Part shown: positions 13,496 to 25,796 of the stretch, piece by piece
Layout of the letters: every line of letters begins with the position of its first letter
Numbering within the stretch: position 1 is the first letter of the stretch
NCBI GenBank assembly: GCA_951406725.2
Contig: OX597814.1
Location: 55,118,001 to 55,182,000 of the forward strand
DNA: 64,000 nucleotides
Origin: Octopus vulgaris
Lineage: Eukaryota
Direction of reading: 5' to 3'
Translations under genes and position numbers: made by a program
Notes under the pieces: generated by a model
Database searches by the model: none
What the model saw: the letters and a program-made list of their open reading frames with translations, nothing else
Told to the model about the DNA's origin: nothing

Positions 13496-13966
13496 CACAA
13501 TTTTATTTTTGAGTGAATTCACACCATACAAGATTTAGATTGTGGGTGGAATGCGTGGCACATATTGAATCCTAAGAGAACTGGGAACACGGGAGCAGAA
13601 AAAAAGGCATATGGAAACTGTTGTATAGAGGGAGGTATATCTATATTAGTCTATACAAGGCGTTATAATAATGTCAACGGCTAAGCAAAGCAGCGTGGGT
13701 TCGCTTTACGATATTCTTTTATCTCAACAACTGACTCATATATTTGTCTTATATGACTGCTAGTATTTACATCATACGAACTTACTATTATAGAAATAAG
13801 AAAACCCTACCCAGATCAACTTTTCCTTTCATCCCTCTGGGGTCGATAAAATAAGGTGTAAGTCAAGCATCAGGCTCGATGATGCCAAATACTCCCATGC
13901 CCCACCCCAAACTACCGACCTTGCGCCTAAATCAGAAACCAAACTATTTGCAGCAGCAACAACAAC

Positions 13967-14021
<55 letters not shown>

Positions 14022-14050
14022 ACTATATATTCACACATGGGCATATATAT

Positions 14051-14186
14051 ATATCATAAGCTTAAAGCTTATAAGCGATCACCGTGCAATGACTAAAGAA
14101 AATAGTTTAATATGGGGCATATATATAATATTGGACTACTTAGTCATTGCACGGTAATCGCTTATAAGCTTTAAGCTTATAAAATA
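14051..14186. repeat. Short inverted repeat (~46-bp arms), MITE-like hairpin
   Basis: ataagcttaaagcttataagcgatcaccgtgcaatgactaa vs ttagtcattgcacggtaatcgcttataagctttaagcttat. Confidence 0.85.
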
Positions 14187-14232
14187 TTATTTCCAGAGTT
14201 GTAAAAATCGACGCTGCTAACCCAACATATCG

Positions 14233-14355
<123 letters not shown>

Positions 14356-14596
14356 TTGTAAGGTCCAAGAATCCACGTTTAGGAAGTTTGCAAGCTTCGA
14401 ATAGCCCGTAGAAGGTATTAAAAAAAACTAACTTTCAGGAACAACAGTCATTTATTGGCGTAGAAGGTTGTAAATTTTTCCCATACGGAAGTTGGATAAG
14501 CTGAAAGAAGTTATTTTATAGTTCACGTTCACCAACTAGGGTTGTTTATGTATGTGAAAAAAAATCCAATTTAGGGAATGGAGCAGATAAAACCCA

Positions 14597-14678
14597 GGCT
14601 ACATATGTTTCCCAGCTAGCAGAACCTGGGAAGTAGTAATTACTCATCGAGGAGTACTCCAGTAGCTACTCATCAGGC
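14597..14678 (-). ncRNA. Type I minimal hammerhead ribozyme motif
   Basis: Minus strand: ggc-CUGAUGA-guagcua...uagcugg-GAAA-cauaug-UA-gcc. Stem I is ggc/gcc and stem III is the palindrome acauaugu; the base of stem II is mismatched. Confidence 0.55.
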
Positions 14679-14847
14679 CGAAGATACCTTAGTTAAATGA
14701 AGGTTGCATTGTCAAGGGATTCCAAGTTAACTCGCAGGAGATTTGATCGAAAATATATATGTACACACGCTTATACACACACACACATGCACACATACAC
14801 ACACACACACACACATACATACCTACATACATACATACATACATACA

Positions 14848-14881
<34 letters not shown>

Positions 14882-15151
14882 GTATTAATAAAATAGATGC
14901 AATGTGTGATATATTTTATTGGGTACAACACATATTTCGACCCGTCCTGGGCCTCTTTGGGTACATCGTTAAAAAGTCTCACTAGAAATTTCCTGAGTCA
15001 GCTTACGTCCATCAAATTCGAGAATGAGTAAAAACAGAGAAAAATTATTGAAAGGCAAAAAATTCAAATATGAACGTGAAAATTGTACAGGACGTGAAAC
15101 CTAAAGTAATCCCATAAACCGGCTTTATCTAACTTTAATATATACATATAT

Positions 15152-15434
15152 AAAGGTGCGTAAGGTAGTTGAGGAATACCTTTTTTGGATCATTGCTGCA
15201 TTTTTTGCTAACTCTGTATAATCTTTGTTTCAGAAAATAATAATGGCAGACCCTCAGCTTACTCAAGAAATGAAGAAGCATGCTGTTATTGTGGTTATAA
15301 ACGTTGAACATGGCGATTTAGAAATATCTCGATTTTTAAAAGTTGCCAGATCTTTCTTCTACAAAGTTTGTAAGGACCTAGAAACTGAAGATGGAAACGT
15401 ATCACCAGTATCAAAGCATGTAACATGTAACTGA
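15152..15434 (+). mobile_element. 5' fragment of a Tc1/mariner-superfamily transposon (N-terminal HTH)
   Basis: MADPQLTQEMKKHAVIVVINVEHGDLEISRFLKVARSFFYKVCKDLE resembles a transposase DNA-binding N-terminus; it starts next to a TA run. Confidence 0.55.
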
Positions 15435-17887
15435 AAGAAGTAATTTTCGTTCTAGATATTATTTTGTGCAAAACCTTTATTAATTTTATTTCATACAGAG
15501 AATCTTATTGAATATTTTGGAAGGTCTATACCTTACTGGAGATAGGCAACAAGATAGTTTTTCTTTTAATATTTTCATTTTATTTTAACGGGAAAGTAAA
15601 GAGACAGCATCTTTCTTTTAATCGCTCCAGAAAGATTACAGTAAACAAAGAAAGGCAATCACCAAATAACAGAAAATAACCAAGAATATATTAATAACCA
15701 AACGAATAGTAAAACTGAAAAGCATATAATGACTTCAGCAGAAAAATACTATATAATAAACAGCACATTTCACAGCAACAGCCTGCATACCGCGTCAGGC
15801 ACAAACATGAATAAAGCAAAGCTATCCCTTGCAAACATTCTTTCAAACAAAATCCGTCAGTATGAAACATATTGCTGTAAAATCGAAAGCTAGCAGTGTT
15901 TTGTACATGGGATAGGTACCAGGTTGCGATAATCAGTCATAGAGCTTGCGATAAGAGGAAAGTAAACTATCAGTGCTTCGATAAGTACATTGGGGGTTTT
16001 CTTATTCCATCCAAGCAAGAATTAGAGACAACTCTAAGAGATATTTTAAACGAAACATCCTTCATTGGAGAGAGAGAGAAAAAGAAAGAAAGAGAGAGAG
16101 AGAGATGTAGCATTTGGCTCTATATATGTTATCTTTAAACAGAAGACGAGGCAAAAGCGCAAAGCCACACACGAGCCCAGAATCTGATACAGAAGATTTT
16201 GGGAAGGAGGAGAACAAGGGTCATCGTCAAGGACATCTGTGACGATATCAGCCACTGGATAGTAACATTGTGACATAATATGAGCGTATTGGCAGTGCAG
16301 GTGTAACCTTTGACAATATATGGTTGGGCATGATTACTATGGAAATATAGGCTATCTGGACCCGACAAAACCACTAAATGGTATAAGAACTGTGTCCAGT
16401 AGAAGGTTTTATAAGGAAGTCCTTAAAACTCAGCATCCAAGTTAGAGAACGCAGCTATTACAGACGTTGGAGCGAAACCCATTTAAAAGCACTCGGTACA
16501 GAAAGCCTAAACGAACAAAAGCAATAACAGAAAATCATGGTGGCTGTTGTTTATAGAGAGACATCAGACACAATTCGTAAGTCAGCGAATAAAATTGCCT
16601 CATCCTCATAGGTAGAAGTGAACCACGAAACCCAAGAATTCCTTTTTCGGTCACAACCGGCAAAGGCAACAACAACAGGACCCTTAGAGTCGTATTACCT
16701 GTTCACTTATTAGGATAGAGGTCAGATGGAGGACATTAAGTAGTAGCAGACTTCCTCAAACGAAAAAGAAAGAAACGTAAAAAGTCATAACGGAAAACAT
16801 GAGGAAAAGATCAGTGGAATACACCCTCTGTGAACAGAGGACAGTCTTTATCTTATAAATGAAAACCAATCGCTTGTGAGGAGCAACCAACCTCCTCCTT
16901 GAACGAAATAAAATTCACAATCATTCTCAGGCCAAAGCTTGAATAAGACTCTAATACAACAAACACAAGAAATATCTAGACGAAATATGGATCGAGAAGG
17001 AAAGGGACTCACACTTTAAACATGATAGGCCATGGGCTAGTGGGGGTTATGGTGCACCCCCTTGTGATTTACTTTAATGGGAATTTTCGTGTTGCCCTGG
17101 GTCTAACAATCAGAAAATTGATGCTGGCAGCAAAAAAACTGGGATGGAAGATACCGCCCCCCCCCCCATGGACATTTTGACACTCTCACTTTTACAGCTG
17201 GAGACAGAAAACAGGTCTAACTTTGCAACTCTTCACCAGAATATTTCAAATAACCACTTAAAATGATAGCCTGGTCAAAATCTACAAGTTCATGCAAATG
17301 ATAAGCTAATCTATTCTGTAAAAAGGTTACCAGAGGTCAAGAGATCACAAACTTTGATCTTTACTTATAATATCTCGCATTCACAGGTTTTATTTATCAC
17401 CAAGACCATATAACGTTTTTTGTTTATTTATTGAAAATTAATCAAAACGAAAGTTTACATGTGCTTTTTAATACCAGAAGTAAAAAAAAATGAATAGTAG
17501 TGTTTACCCTGTGGAATGTGAGATATTTCTGCATTTTTACATACTGTTTTGTATGTATTGCTAAATGTGTCGAATAGAAGTAAGACAAAATCTAGCAAGT
17601 GGTACTTTGGAATCTTTCATTGAATGACCACAGAAGATGAGTTGGTCTATAAAACGAAGCATCAAATGATGCAAATATTTTCATCAAAGGGGTTGTTGAA
17701 GTCAAAAGTAAACAAAAGTTGACCCTACCTACACCATAGCAGTTTGTTATACATGATCATTATGAAATGTGCCATATAATTTTAATAATGAAACAAATGT
17801 CAGCTTGTATAATACTTTCTATCTCTCAAGTTTAAACAAGATCCATTACAAGTGTTGTAGCAGTTACCTTCCTTCCTGGTAGATATA

Positions 17888-18444
17888 CACTACCGTCAGA
17901 AATTAATTAGCACCCTTGATTTGCTCACCATGAAGCATGGTGGGGGTGGTCTGATGGTGTGAGGGGCGTTCAGATACAGTGGTGTTGGGCGGCTCTATGC
18001 CGTCGAAGGCAACATCAACGCAGCAAAGTACGTTGAGATAGTACGGGATACCTCTTTGGTGGCGAGGAGTACGTGCTGGCCAGTCACCTGACCTGAACCC
18101 TATTGAGAACCTCTGGAGTCGATTGGGTAGGGATTTGAATGTGCAGCAATACAGGAACCGACACGAGCTGTTTGGGGCACTTCTTGCTGCATGAGGGGCC
18201 ATCCCTGCACAGTACCTGCAGGCACTCATATACAGCATGCCGACCCGCGTAGCAGCTGTCATTGCTGCCAAAGAAGGAGCAACAAGATATTGACTAAATT
18301 TCACGATTAATAACAATTATGTGGTGTGCTGGGATATGTTTTAATAAATTTTTGATTAAAAACGAGTTCATTTCTGATAATAAGTTAATTAAATTAAGAA
18401 AATGTAGAAATTTGAGAAGTGCTAATTAATTTCCGACGCAAGTG
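17888..18444 (+). mobile_element. Tc1 internal-deletion derivative
   Basis: TIRs cactaccgtcagaaattaattagcac / gtgctaattaatttccgacgcaagtg with TA TSD. The + strand reads TMKHGGGGLMV*GAF..., SPDLNPIENLW, SMPTRVAAVIAAKEGATRY*. Confidence 0.93.
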
Positions 18445-18502
18445 TATATATAGAATTAAAACAAAAGATGTACGAGTTTGCTTTAAAGTTGAGTTAGAAA
18501 GC

Positions 18503-18900
18503 TCAGCTGAGCACCCTTTGCATCATTAAAATTTGAATTACACATTCCCAGTAAGCATTCATCCTAATTCTTACTTGGCTGTATCTTATTTTCACGACAG
18601 TTATATCTGTTCTTAGTTTCATTAACTTTGTAATACCTTGGACTTCGTCCCATCCACATACACCACATAATTGTCTAATGATCATCACCATCACTTTCTG
18701 TATCACTGTCCGATCCTACTCTGTCAAGGAAATCACTTTCACTAACTTCACTATCACTATCAGGGTCAGAATCTGATGCGCAAGTTTCATCTTCAAGTTC
18801 TTCTTCCAGAATATCCACCAACTGACGGAGTATCACTTCACCCTCTGTCCACTTCGACTTCATGATTCTAGCTTCCATTGTCCATCCATGTCCTTCATCT
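18503..18900 (-). pseudogene. Acidic N-terminal fragment, possibly of a piggyBac-like transposase
   Basis: ILEEELEDETCASDSDPDSDSEVSESDF...SDTESDGDD followed by a frameshifted GWDEV segment. The call rests on composition only; no catalytic motif is visible. Confidence 0.3.
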
Positions 18901-18929
18901 GGTCTAGGCTCTGAAGGCTTTGCAATGTT

Positions 18930-20605
18930 CGCGAGCTTCCATATCCCGGATGGGAAGTTGCTTCGCCGAACATGTTGCTAAAGGACATTTCTACACGGGG
19001 ACTCAATCAATAAACAAATAAACAACAATATGTTTTGTTTGTTTTTTTTTTTTGCTTTGATGGTCCGGTTTGTATGTACTGGGAAGTCAAAGAGAATAGT
19101 TACATTTTCTCCCTCAGTTACAGCCTCAGGATGGTGCTTGTACCATTTGTCAGCAGTTTTGACTTCATAATGCCAACACATCATCCAATGTAGATATTGA
19201 CCAACTCTGTCATGTCTTGGTTTGCACTGTACACGTGCTAAAACCTTACATCCATAGATTAGGTGGTCCACTGTTTCTATACCATCGTTGCACCATTTTT
19301 TCATTAAATTGGCTTGATAGTTCCGAGTCAATAACCTCTGATCTTGCGCAGCCAAGATAAAGCCTTCATTCTCTGCCTTTAGCTCTGAACTTCGTTGCCA
19401 CTGATGGGTGTGCTTCTAGTCTACATCGGCTTGTTTGCTACGGGCCACATATTTGCCATGCAGATGTTTTTGTTCCTACCTACCAGCCAATTGTTGTTCA
19501 AACGCATGTTATTTTACTATTGATTTCACCTTCTTTGCAACTACAGTTGCCACACTTCCATCATGCTGTTCAACCTGGGTATTATGCATGAACTCACTTT
19601 TTTGCTCTTCTTCATAACAGAATGAAGCTTCTTGCGTCTTTCAACGAGCCTTGGTATCCAGTCTTTAGATGTTTCAAGATATTTTGCCAGTCCAATTATG
19701 GTGGTTTTGTAGACTTCAAATTGGATCAAGCCTCGACCTCCTTGAGCTCTGGGTAGATAAAGACGATCTGCACCTGACTTCGGGGAGTGCATCTTATTGC
19801 AAGTCTGCAGCTTACGGATTTTCCTGTCAATCTTCCTTATTTCGCTCATATTCCAATTCAGCACACTGAAACTGTAAATAACAACCGGAACTGCTAAGCA
19901 ATGTATAGCTAACACCTTGTTATGTGTATTTAACCCGGATTTTGAGACTGCTCAAACTCTCCTGTAACACTCTCTCCTGATCTTCTCTTTCATACTTGCA
20001 TGCTGAATGCCAGAGCCCTCATTTACTCTGAGGTATTTGTAAGTTTGTTCCTGCTCGTGTTCTTTTATGACTATCAACATCCAACACTACTGAATGTGAG
20101 GTCTTCAATATCCCTTTCTGGAAAGTGGCCTTGACACAATTATCAAAGCCAAATTCCATTCCGATGTCACCACTGAGATTTCTGCGTTTGTTATGACAAT
20201 TCTCAAGGATCATGTGATTGATTAAGTGTTGGTCTTTGCATTCATATGAGCTTCGTCGGCACCCTATTTGTTCAGTGGGGAAAATATCGTTCTGTTCCAT
20301 AAATTTGTGTTTTCTCCATGAAGATGGATGTTAAAATTTTATACGTGGTAGATAGACATGTTATGGGCCGATAGTTTTGGGGAAATTTGGTTTCATTATT
20401 CTTCGGGATTGGGTAAGTAATACCTCTTACTAACCAATCAGGTGTTTTTGTAGAATCTCATAATTTCATTGAATAACTGGACTAACTTTTCGCGTGCACA
20501 CAGGAGCGATGCAAGCCAGAAATTTGGCATCCTATCATTACCAGGAAATTTCCACTTATGAGCCTTCGTGAGTGTCATCCTTAAGTCTGCTATTGTAATG
20601 TCTTC
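18930..20605 (-). mobile_element. R4/Dong-clade non-LTR retrotransposon remnant (RT + CCHC + REL endonuclease), internally deleted
   Basis: Motifs EQIGCRRSSYECKDQHLIN, DIGMEFGFDNC, DRLYLPRAQGGRGL, AAQDQRLLTRNY, ETVDHLIYGCKVLA...RHDRVGQYLHW, ILFDFPVHTNRTIKA. The 5' end abuts TAT/CAT repeats. Confidence 0.9.
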
Positions 20606-20619
20606 CCATGCTTGTTCTG

Positions 20620-20664
20620 GTATTATTATTGTTATTATTTTTATTACTTTTTATTATTATTATT

Positions 20665-20701
<37 letters not shown>

Positions 20702-20708
20702 CCATCAA

Positions 20709-20741
<33 letters not shown>

Positions 20742-21027
20742 TTCCCTAATTTTGAAACTGAAACAGTGTACTGTTTCTGAATTCGTACTATTATTTTAAA
20801 TGAAAGTTGGTGCAGTGACAAGGCTGAGAAAAAGAAGGGAAATTTACAGCAAATGACGCAACTGAAGCAATATATACTATTATTATTAAGACTGTAAACA
20901 TATGGAAATGTCTACCAACATATCTCACAGTCCTTTGAGGCCAAATAAACAAAAGGGGGACTAAATGTTCTGTCATCGTAACTTTTTTTGCTATGTCGCT
21001 TCCAGACTGCGTTATTTCTACCACCAT

Positions 21028-21060
<33 letters not shown>

Positions 21061-21251
21061 CAATGGCCATGTTATTATTTATGCTACTAAGGATGATGAT
21101 GATGACGAGGATGATGGTTGTGATGGGGATAGTAATGATGACACAATTGTTTTCTTTAGTGACAGTAGTGTCAATGTTCTTAATACAATGACGACAACTA
21201 AACCTACTACTACAAATGATGATGATGGTGATGATGATGATAATAATAATA

Positions 21252-21295
<44 letters not shown>

Positions 21296-21320
21296 AATGA
21301 TAATGATAATGATAATGATG

Positions 21321-21388
<68 letters not shown>
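20620..21388. repeat. Trinucleotide repeat clusters (TAT, CAT, TAC, GAT, AAT)
   Basis: Visible at about 20620-20740 and 21027-21388. Confidence 0.9.
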
Positions 21389-21389
21389 T

Positions 21390-21590
21390 TCTTCTGTAGG
21401 TACAGGCCTGAAATTTGGGGAAGGAGACTAGTCGACTACATCGACTGCGGCACTCAACTGGTACTTATTTTATCGACCCTGAATTGATGAAACGCAAAGT
21501 TGACACCGGCAGGATTTGAATTCAGAAAGTAAAGACGGGCGAAATACCGCTAACTTTTTTTTTCTGACGAGTTAACGATTTTTCTAGCTT
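21390..21590 (-). mobile_element. SINE family A
   Basis: caactggtacttattttatcgaccctgaa...aaagttgacaccggcaggatttgaa...gaaataccgcta. Confidence 0.8.
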
Positions 21591-21611
21591 GCTTTAATAT
21601 CCTTATTGTTA

Positions 21612-21815
21612 TGGCGGTGAGCTGGCAGAATCGTTAGCCCGCCGGGCAAAAAGCTTTGCAGCACTTCGTCTAGTTTCAAATCCTGCCGAAGTCAACTTTA
21701 CCTTTTATCCTTTCAGTGTCGATAAACTAAGTACCAATCAAGTACTGGGGTCGATGTGATTGACTATCTCCCACCCCACAAATTCCAGGCTTTGTGCCTA
21801 TAGTAAAAAGGATTA
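21612..21815 (+). mobile_element. SINE family A (head-to-head with 21390-21590)
   Basis: ggcggtgagctggcagaatcgttagc...cttttatcctttcagtgtcgataaactaagtacc...gtgcctatagtaaaaaggatt. Confidence 0.85.
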
Positions 21816-21839
21816 TTATTATTTTCATTTGCTACAAGG

Positions 21840-22800
21840 GCGCTGGAAGAGGGCTCATTACAAGTACAAATTACGAAAACAGTGAAGGTTTACACAAACT
21901 CGCATATAAAAAATGCATAATACAACGGTATAGAAAGGAATGAAAATTAAATCTCCCAAAAAGGGTGACAGCCACCTAAATTCAACCATGGTAACCTAGC
22001 CGCACTGGATCTCCCATACTACCTGTGGTAAGTGGTCTCTCCTAACTGTATTCTCTAGCCTACTGGTGCTTGCTGAAAGCAAGCCCGTTCATGTGGCTCC
22101 CACTCGCTATTCTCATCCCCCTTTCAGCAACGTTACTAGAGGGTTGTATCTCTCAGATTGCTTTTACCTTTATTTGTCTCCAGGTAAAGAGTTGCAAAAC
22201 TTGAAAAAGTTGGTTGTTTGATCACTGATGAAAGTATCTATTCTCAGGGTTTCTTTTCAGTCTTGTTCACAATATAATCTCTTTCACCACAGCTATCACA
22301 CAGAAGCAAACTGCCTGTACTTGGTAGCCAAGAATGGGTGATGGTGTGATCTTCACGATGGAGTTGGTTGATTTCTATTAAACACAAAACTCAGCTGTTC
22401 GACATAATTGCACATTTCCTCAATGTTTTTATACTGGATGAGTATTTCCAGAATGGTATCATTTCTCTATACAAAATTTGGACATGCTCGGCTGATGGCA
22501 CTTCAGTGCCAATAGAACTTATCTCAAACTGGTAACCACCATCCGCCTCGCAGCACTTGAAAGTCAAAGGTTTCTGGAAGTTTCCAGAGGCACTTGACTG
22601 GAATTCTATGGTAATTTTCCGTCAAGAGCTGTAGTCTCTGGGAACATTATTCTTTTGGCCTACCACTAACCCTCTACGGAATTCAAAGGTTGATGCACCA
22701 CCGGAGAAAACTGTGAACGCCTAACAACATTCCAGATGCCAGGAACCTAACTTGGTCTTCTCTTAGCTCAAGACCACTTCTTTCTCAATTTTTTTTATAT
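21840..22800 (-). mobile_element. Degraded L1/Tx1-like LINE, ORF2 C-terminus and 3' end
   Basis: The minus strand reads NFQKPL...LPV*DKFYWH*SAISRACPNFV*RNDTILEILIQY, resembling the Tx1 C-terminal Cys-rich (zf-RVT) region. Confidence 0.55.
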
Positions 22801-23931
22801 CTATTACCTTCCTTTAACCCACAACACTTGCAAACGTTACTTAAAGTTGCTGCTGTTTATGTTTATTATTGTATACACTATTTTTGGAAACCAATTGGAC
22901 ATTTACGTCACTTTTATGGTGTCTTTCAAATTGTAGCTACAAATGTTTGTTTTTGAAACCATATCTTCTTAAATTTCATGTTTTCATTGTAGAAGCGTAC
23001 GGTCTATTAATGCAACTATGGCTAGCACGTCTTCCGGCTATCACAGGGTATCCATTTTGGAATGCAAAGTAGCAAATTGTGATTTGCTAGATTATAAATA
23101 CGGTTAAAGCAACATTAAAGATGAATCTTTTCGTCTATATCAGGTAACGGGGCAGGCCTTCAAATAATGCGAAAACCTTTACTGCTGAGAAAAATGGACA
23201 TATCTGGTAACTGGTAATGCGATCGAGAGATCTCTACAAACGGGAGTTCTGGAGAAGTGAAGTGTGCGTTCACATCAACGAACATAACAACAATAACCAT
23301 AACGATGATGACAACAACGATGATGATGATGATGATAAAGGTCCACAAAAAGATCGACGACGCTACAGGGTGGTGAAGGTTGGAGGTACATAAAAACATA
23401 AAGCCACTAAAAAAATGAAAACTGCCTACCCCTCCAGACCAAAACAGGGCAACAGGGCGGTCTTCAAAATGGTCTCCGCTGATAGCTGGATCCGTCCAAC
23501 ATAGACAACAGTTATTCGACATAACTCCACAAGTTAGCAATGCTGAGATGTAACAGAAATAAATAAAAAAACAACAGATAGCCAGTGCTAACATTCTCGA
23601 GCTTCACCAACTACGAGCTGACGAGGAAGAGTACCTCTACAGTGGTCGCTCAGGGAAATAAACATAGCAACAAATTCTTCCTCAAATTACTCTCTACCGT
23701 CTTGATGAAGGAGGGACATATTGAACAATTAATCCTAATTACGCAATATCAGATAAAATGATACAGTGATCATAGTGTGGTATTTTTTTGCTCGGTCAGA
23801 CCTGATCTGAAAATAAGCAATAGTAGAGATGGTCCGTCCAAAATTTGAGTGTTTTTCTCTCAATGTTTCTCTTTACTCTTCCCACTCAGCTTCCGTTATT
23901 TCTCTCTTCCATCTCACCACACAAAAACAGG

Positions 23932-23976
<45 letters not shown>

Positions 23977-24477
23977 ACTGAGCTCCTCCTTCAATCTTTT
24001 CTCTTCTTCTATTGATATATCCTTGACACACGATTTTGTTCGTGTTTATATTTGGGTGTGAAAAAATACACTCCTACCGTAAAGCACATGTTGTCCTTAG
24101 TTATTTTAGATTTCCTGTGCGTGATATCACTTCCTAACAAACAGACCATTTCTCGATATGACCGATCTTTTGATGTAGATATCTCACAAGATTACTTCAA
24201 GTACCATCTTATGTCAGAATAATGTGAAGTGTAAAAAAAAGCCTACAATGTAACATGCTTGATCTGGTGCATTCCATTCTTGGCACCACTAAATCTGCTG
24301 ATTTGTTTTACAGATTTCATATGGGGAAAGCATGGCATATCGAAGTGATAGAGTGCATATATAGCAGTTAAATGTACCTCTCGTTTATATTTCATCTCTT
24401 GATTTTAAAAAATCAAGACTCTCAATGGCTTCGTTCATGTAATTAAAATTAAACACTTTGAGAAAATATAAAGATGT

Positions 24478-24620
24478 ATGGCCAAGTGGTTATGGTATGG
24501 AACCCCAGATCATAAGGTCGTGGGTTCAATTTCTGGCTTGGACAGCACATTGTGCACATGAGAAAGTCACGTTTACGTCGTTTCAGGATACCTAACTATA
24601 ATGGGTGCCAACTGGGTGTT
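24478..24620 (+). mobile_element. Old tRNA-headed CORE-like SINE head
   Basis: A-box tggccaagtggtta and B-box gggttcaattt, followed by a degenerate CORE-like tract similar to the element at 54077-54385. Confidence 0.55.
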
Positions 24621-25194
24621 GATGCAGCCCTCTCTTCCTTCATCTGTCACATTCTTGAAATTCCACTGGGTCATGGGTGAGAGTAAAGACTATATAAGCT
24701 CTTAAAACAATTAGCAACAGCAAAGTACAAGTTACCAAGTCATACTCGTTCGCGAGTGACGATTGACCGTACTCTGAGAAGGTACTGTTCACAGTTGAAA
24801 GCAGTAGGATTGCCATAAGATTAATGAGTGTTCAACCACACACACCATACGGGTAAGAGAAGGTAGTAAAATGTTTTCTTTAAATTCTAGTTTATCCTTT
24901 TTTAATTACTACAGCGGTGCCAGGTTCTTAGTTGTGATCTGATGAGTCACTGGCTTACCAAACATGGGATTCAGTGTTGAATGCTGACCTCTGTTTCTAC
25001 TCTGATAGATTCAATAAACACTTAGAATCACAATGGTTGCAATATTTCTGTGTATATTTTAATAAGATAATCACACACGTAACAAGGAAAGCTTTACTGA
25101 TCGGTCAACTAAGCTTGAAATAAAACCAAATCACTCTCAAATCACATCATACCATCTCAAAAATAAATGGAATAGATCAGTTTTACCTGTTTTA

Positions 25195-25393
25195 GGCACA
25201 AGTTCCTGAAATTTGAGACAGGTGTAAGTCGATTGCATTAACACCAGTGCTTGACTAGTACTTATTTCATCGGCCCCGAAAGAATGAAAAGCAAAGTCAA
25301 CCTCGACGGCATTCGAACACAGAATGTAAAACTGGAAGAAATACTGCTAAGCATTTTGTCTAGCGTGCTAATGATCTGCCAGCTCACCGCCTT
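25195..25393 (-). mobile_element. SINE family A
   Basis: tagtacttatttcatcggccccgaaagaatgaaaagcaaagtcaacctcgacgg...ctgccagctcaccgcc. Confidence 0.85.
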
Positions 25394-25524
25394 CAGGACA
25401 TATTAAGCAATGTAGTCTTAGAGAAATTATGTTTGAAAAAAATATTGGTTGATCACAAGTCTGTTCGTTTTACAGGTACTAAATTGTATTCATTGTCATT
25501 TCACATCTTAATACAATCTAATGC

Positions 25525-25796
25525 CCACTACGCCATATGCCCGTGGGCATATGGCGGAGTGGTTGAGAGCGCGGTCTACTAACCCCAAGATCCCGAGTTT
25601 GATTATAATAATAATAACAACAACAACAACAACAACAACAGCAACATCGAAAAATACCTTAGGAATGAGAATCCAGGTTCGAAATTTCCCCAAGACACCT
25701 GATGAAGGCTGGTGAGTATATCAACCGAAACGTTGTGTTAGCAACAAACAAAGATGAGAACAAATATCCGTCAAATGTAAATAATGTAAATAATGT
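25525..25796 (+). mobile_element. tRNA-headed SINE/retrozyme with 5' fold-back and 3' hammerhead ribozyme
   Basis: 18-bp inverted copy of its own 5' end (25525-25542 / 25545-25562); A-box tggcggagtgg; B-box-like gagtttgatt; (AAT)(AAC)n spacer; HHR; tandem aatgtaaat tail. Confidence 0.8.
25694..25739 (+). ncRNA. Type I minimal hammerhead ribozyme
   Basis: gacac-CUGAUGA-a-ggcug(gugaguauau)caacc-GAAA-CG-UU-guguu. Stem I is gacac/guguu, stem II has one mismatch, stem III is palindromic AACGUU. Predicted cleavage after 25734. Confidence 0.75.

Noticed and set aside
15600-16900. Possible LINE ORF1/ORF2 remnants (also 23090-23600)
   Set aside because: Only faint zinc-knuckle-like hints; too degraded to classify without an HMM search.
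17903-18316. 137-aa minus-strand ORF
   Set aside because: Antisense shadow of the + strand Tc1 transposase remnant.
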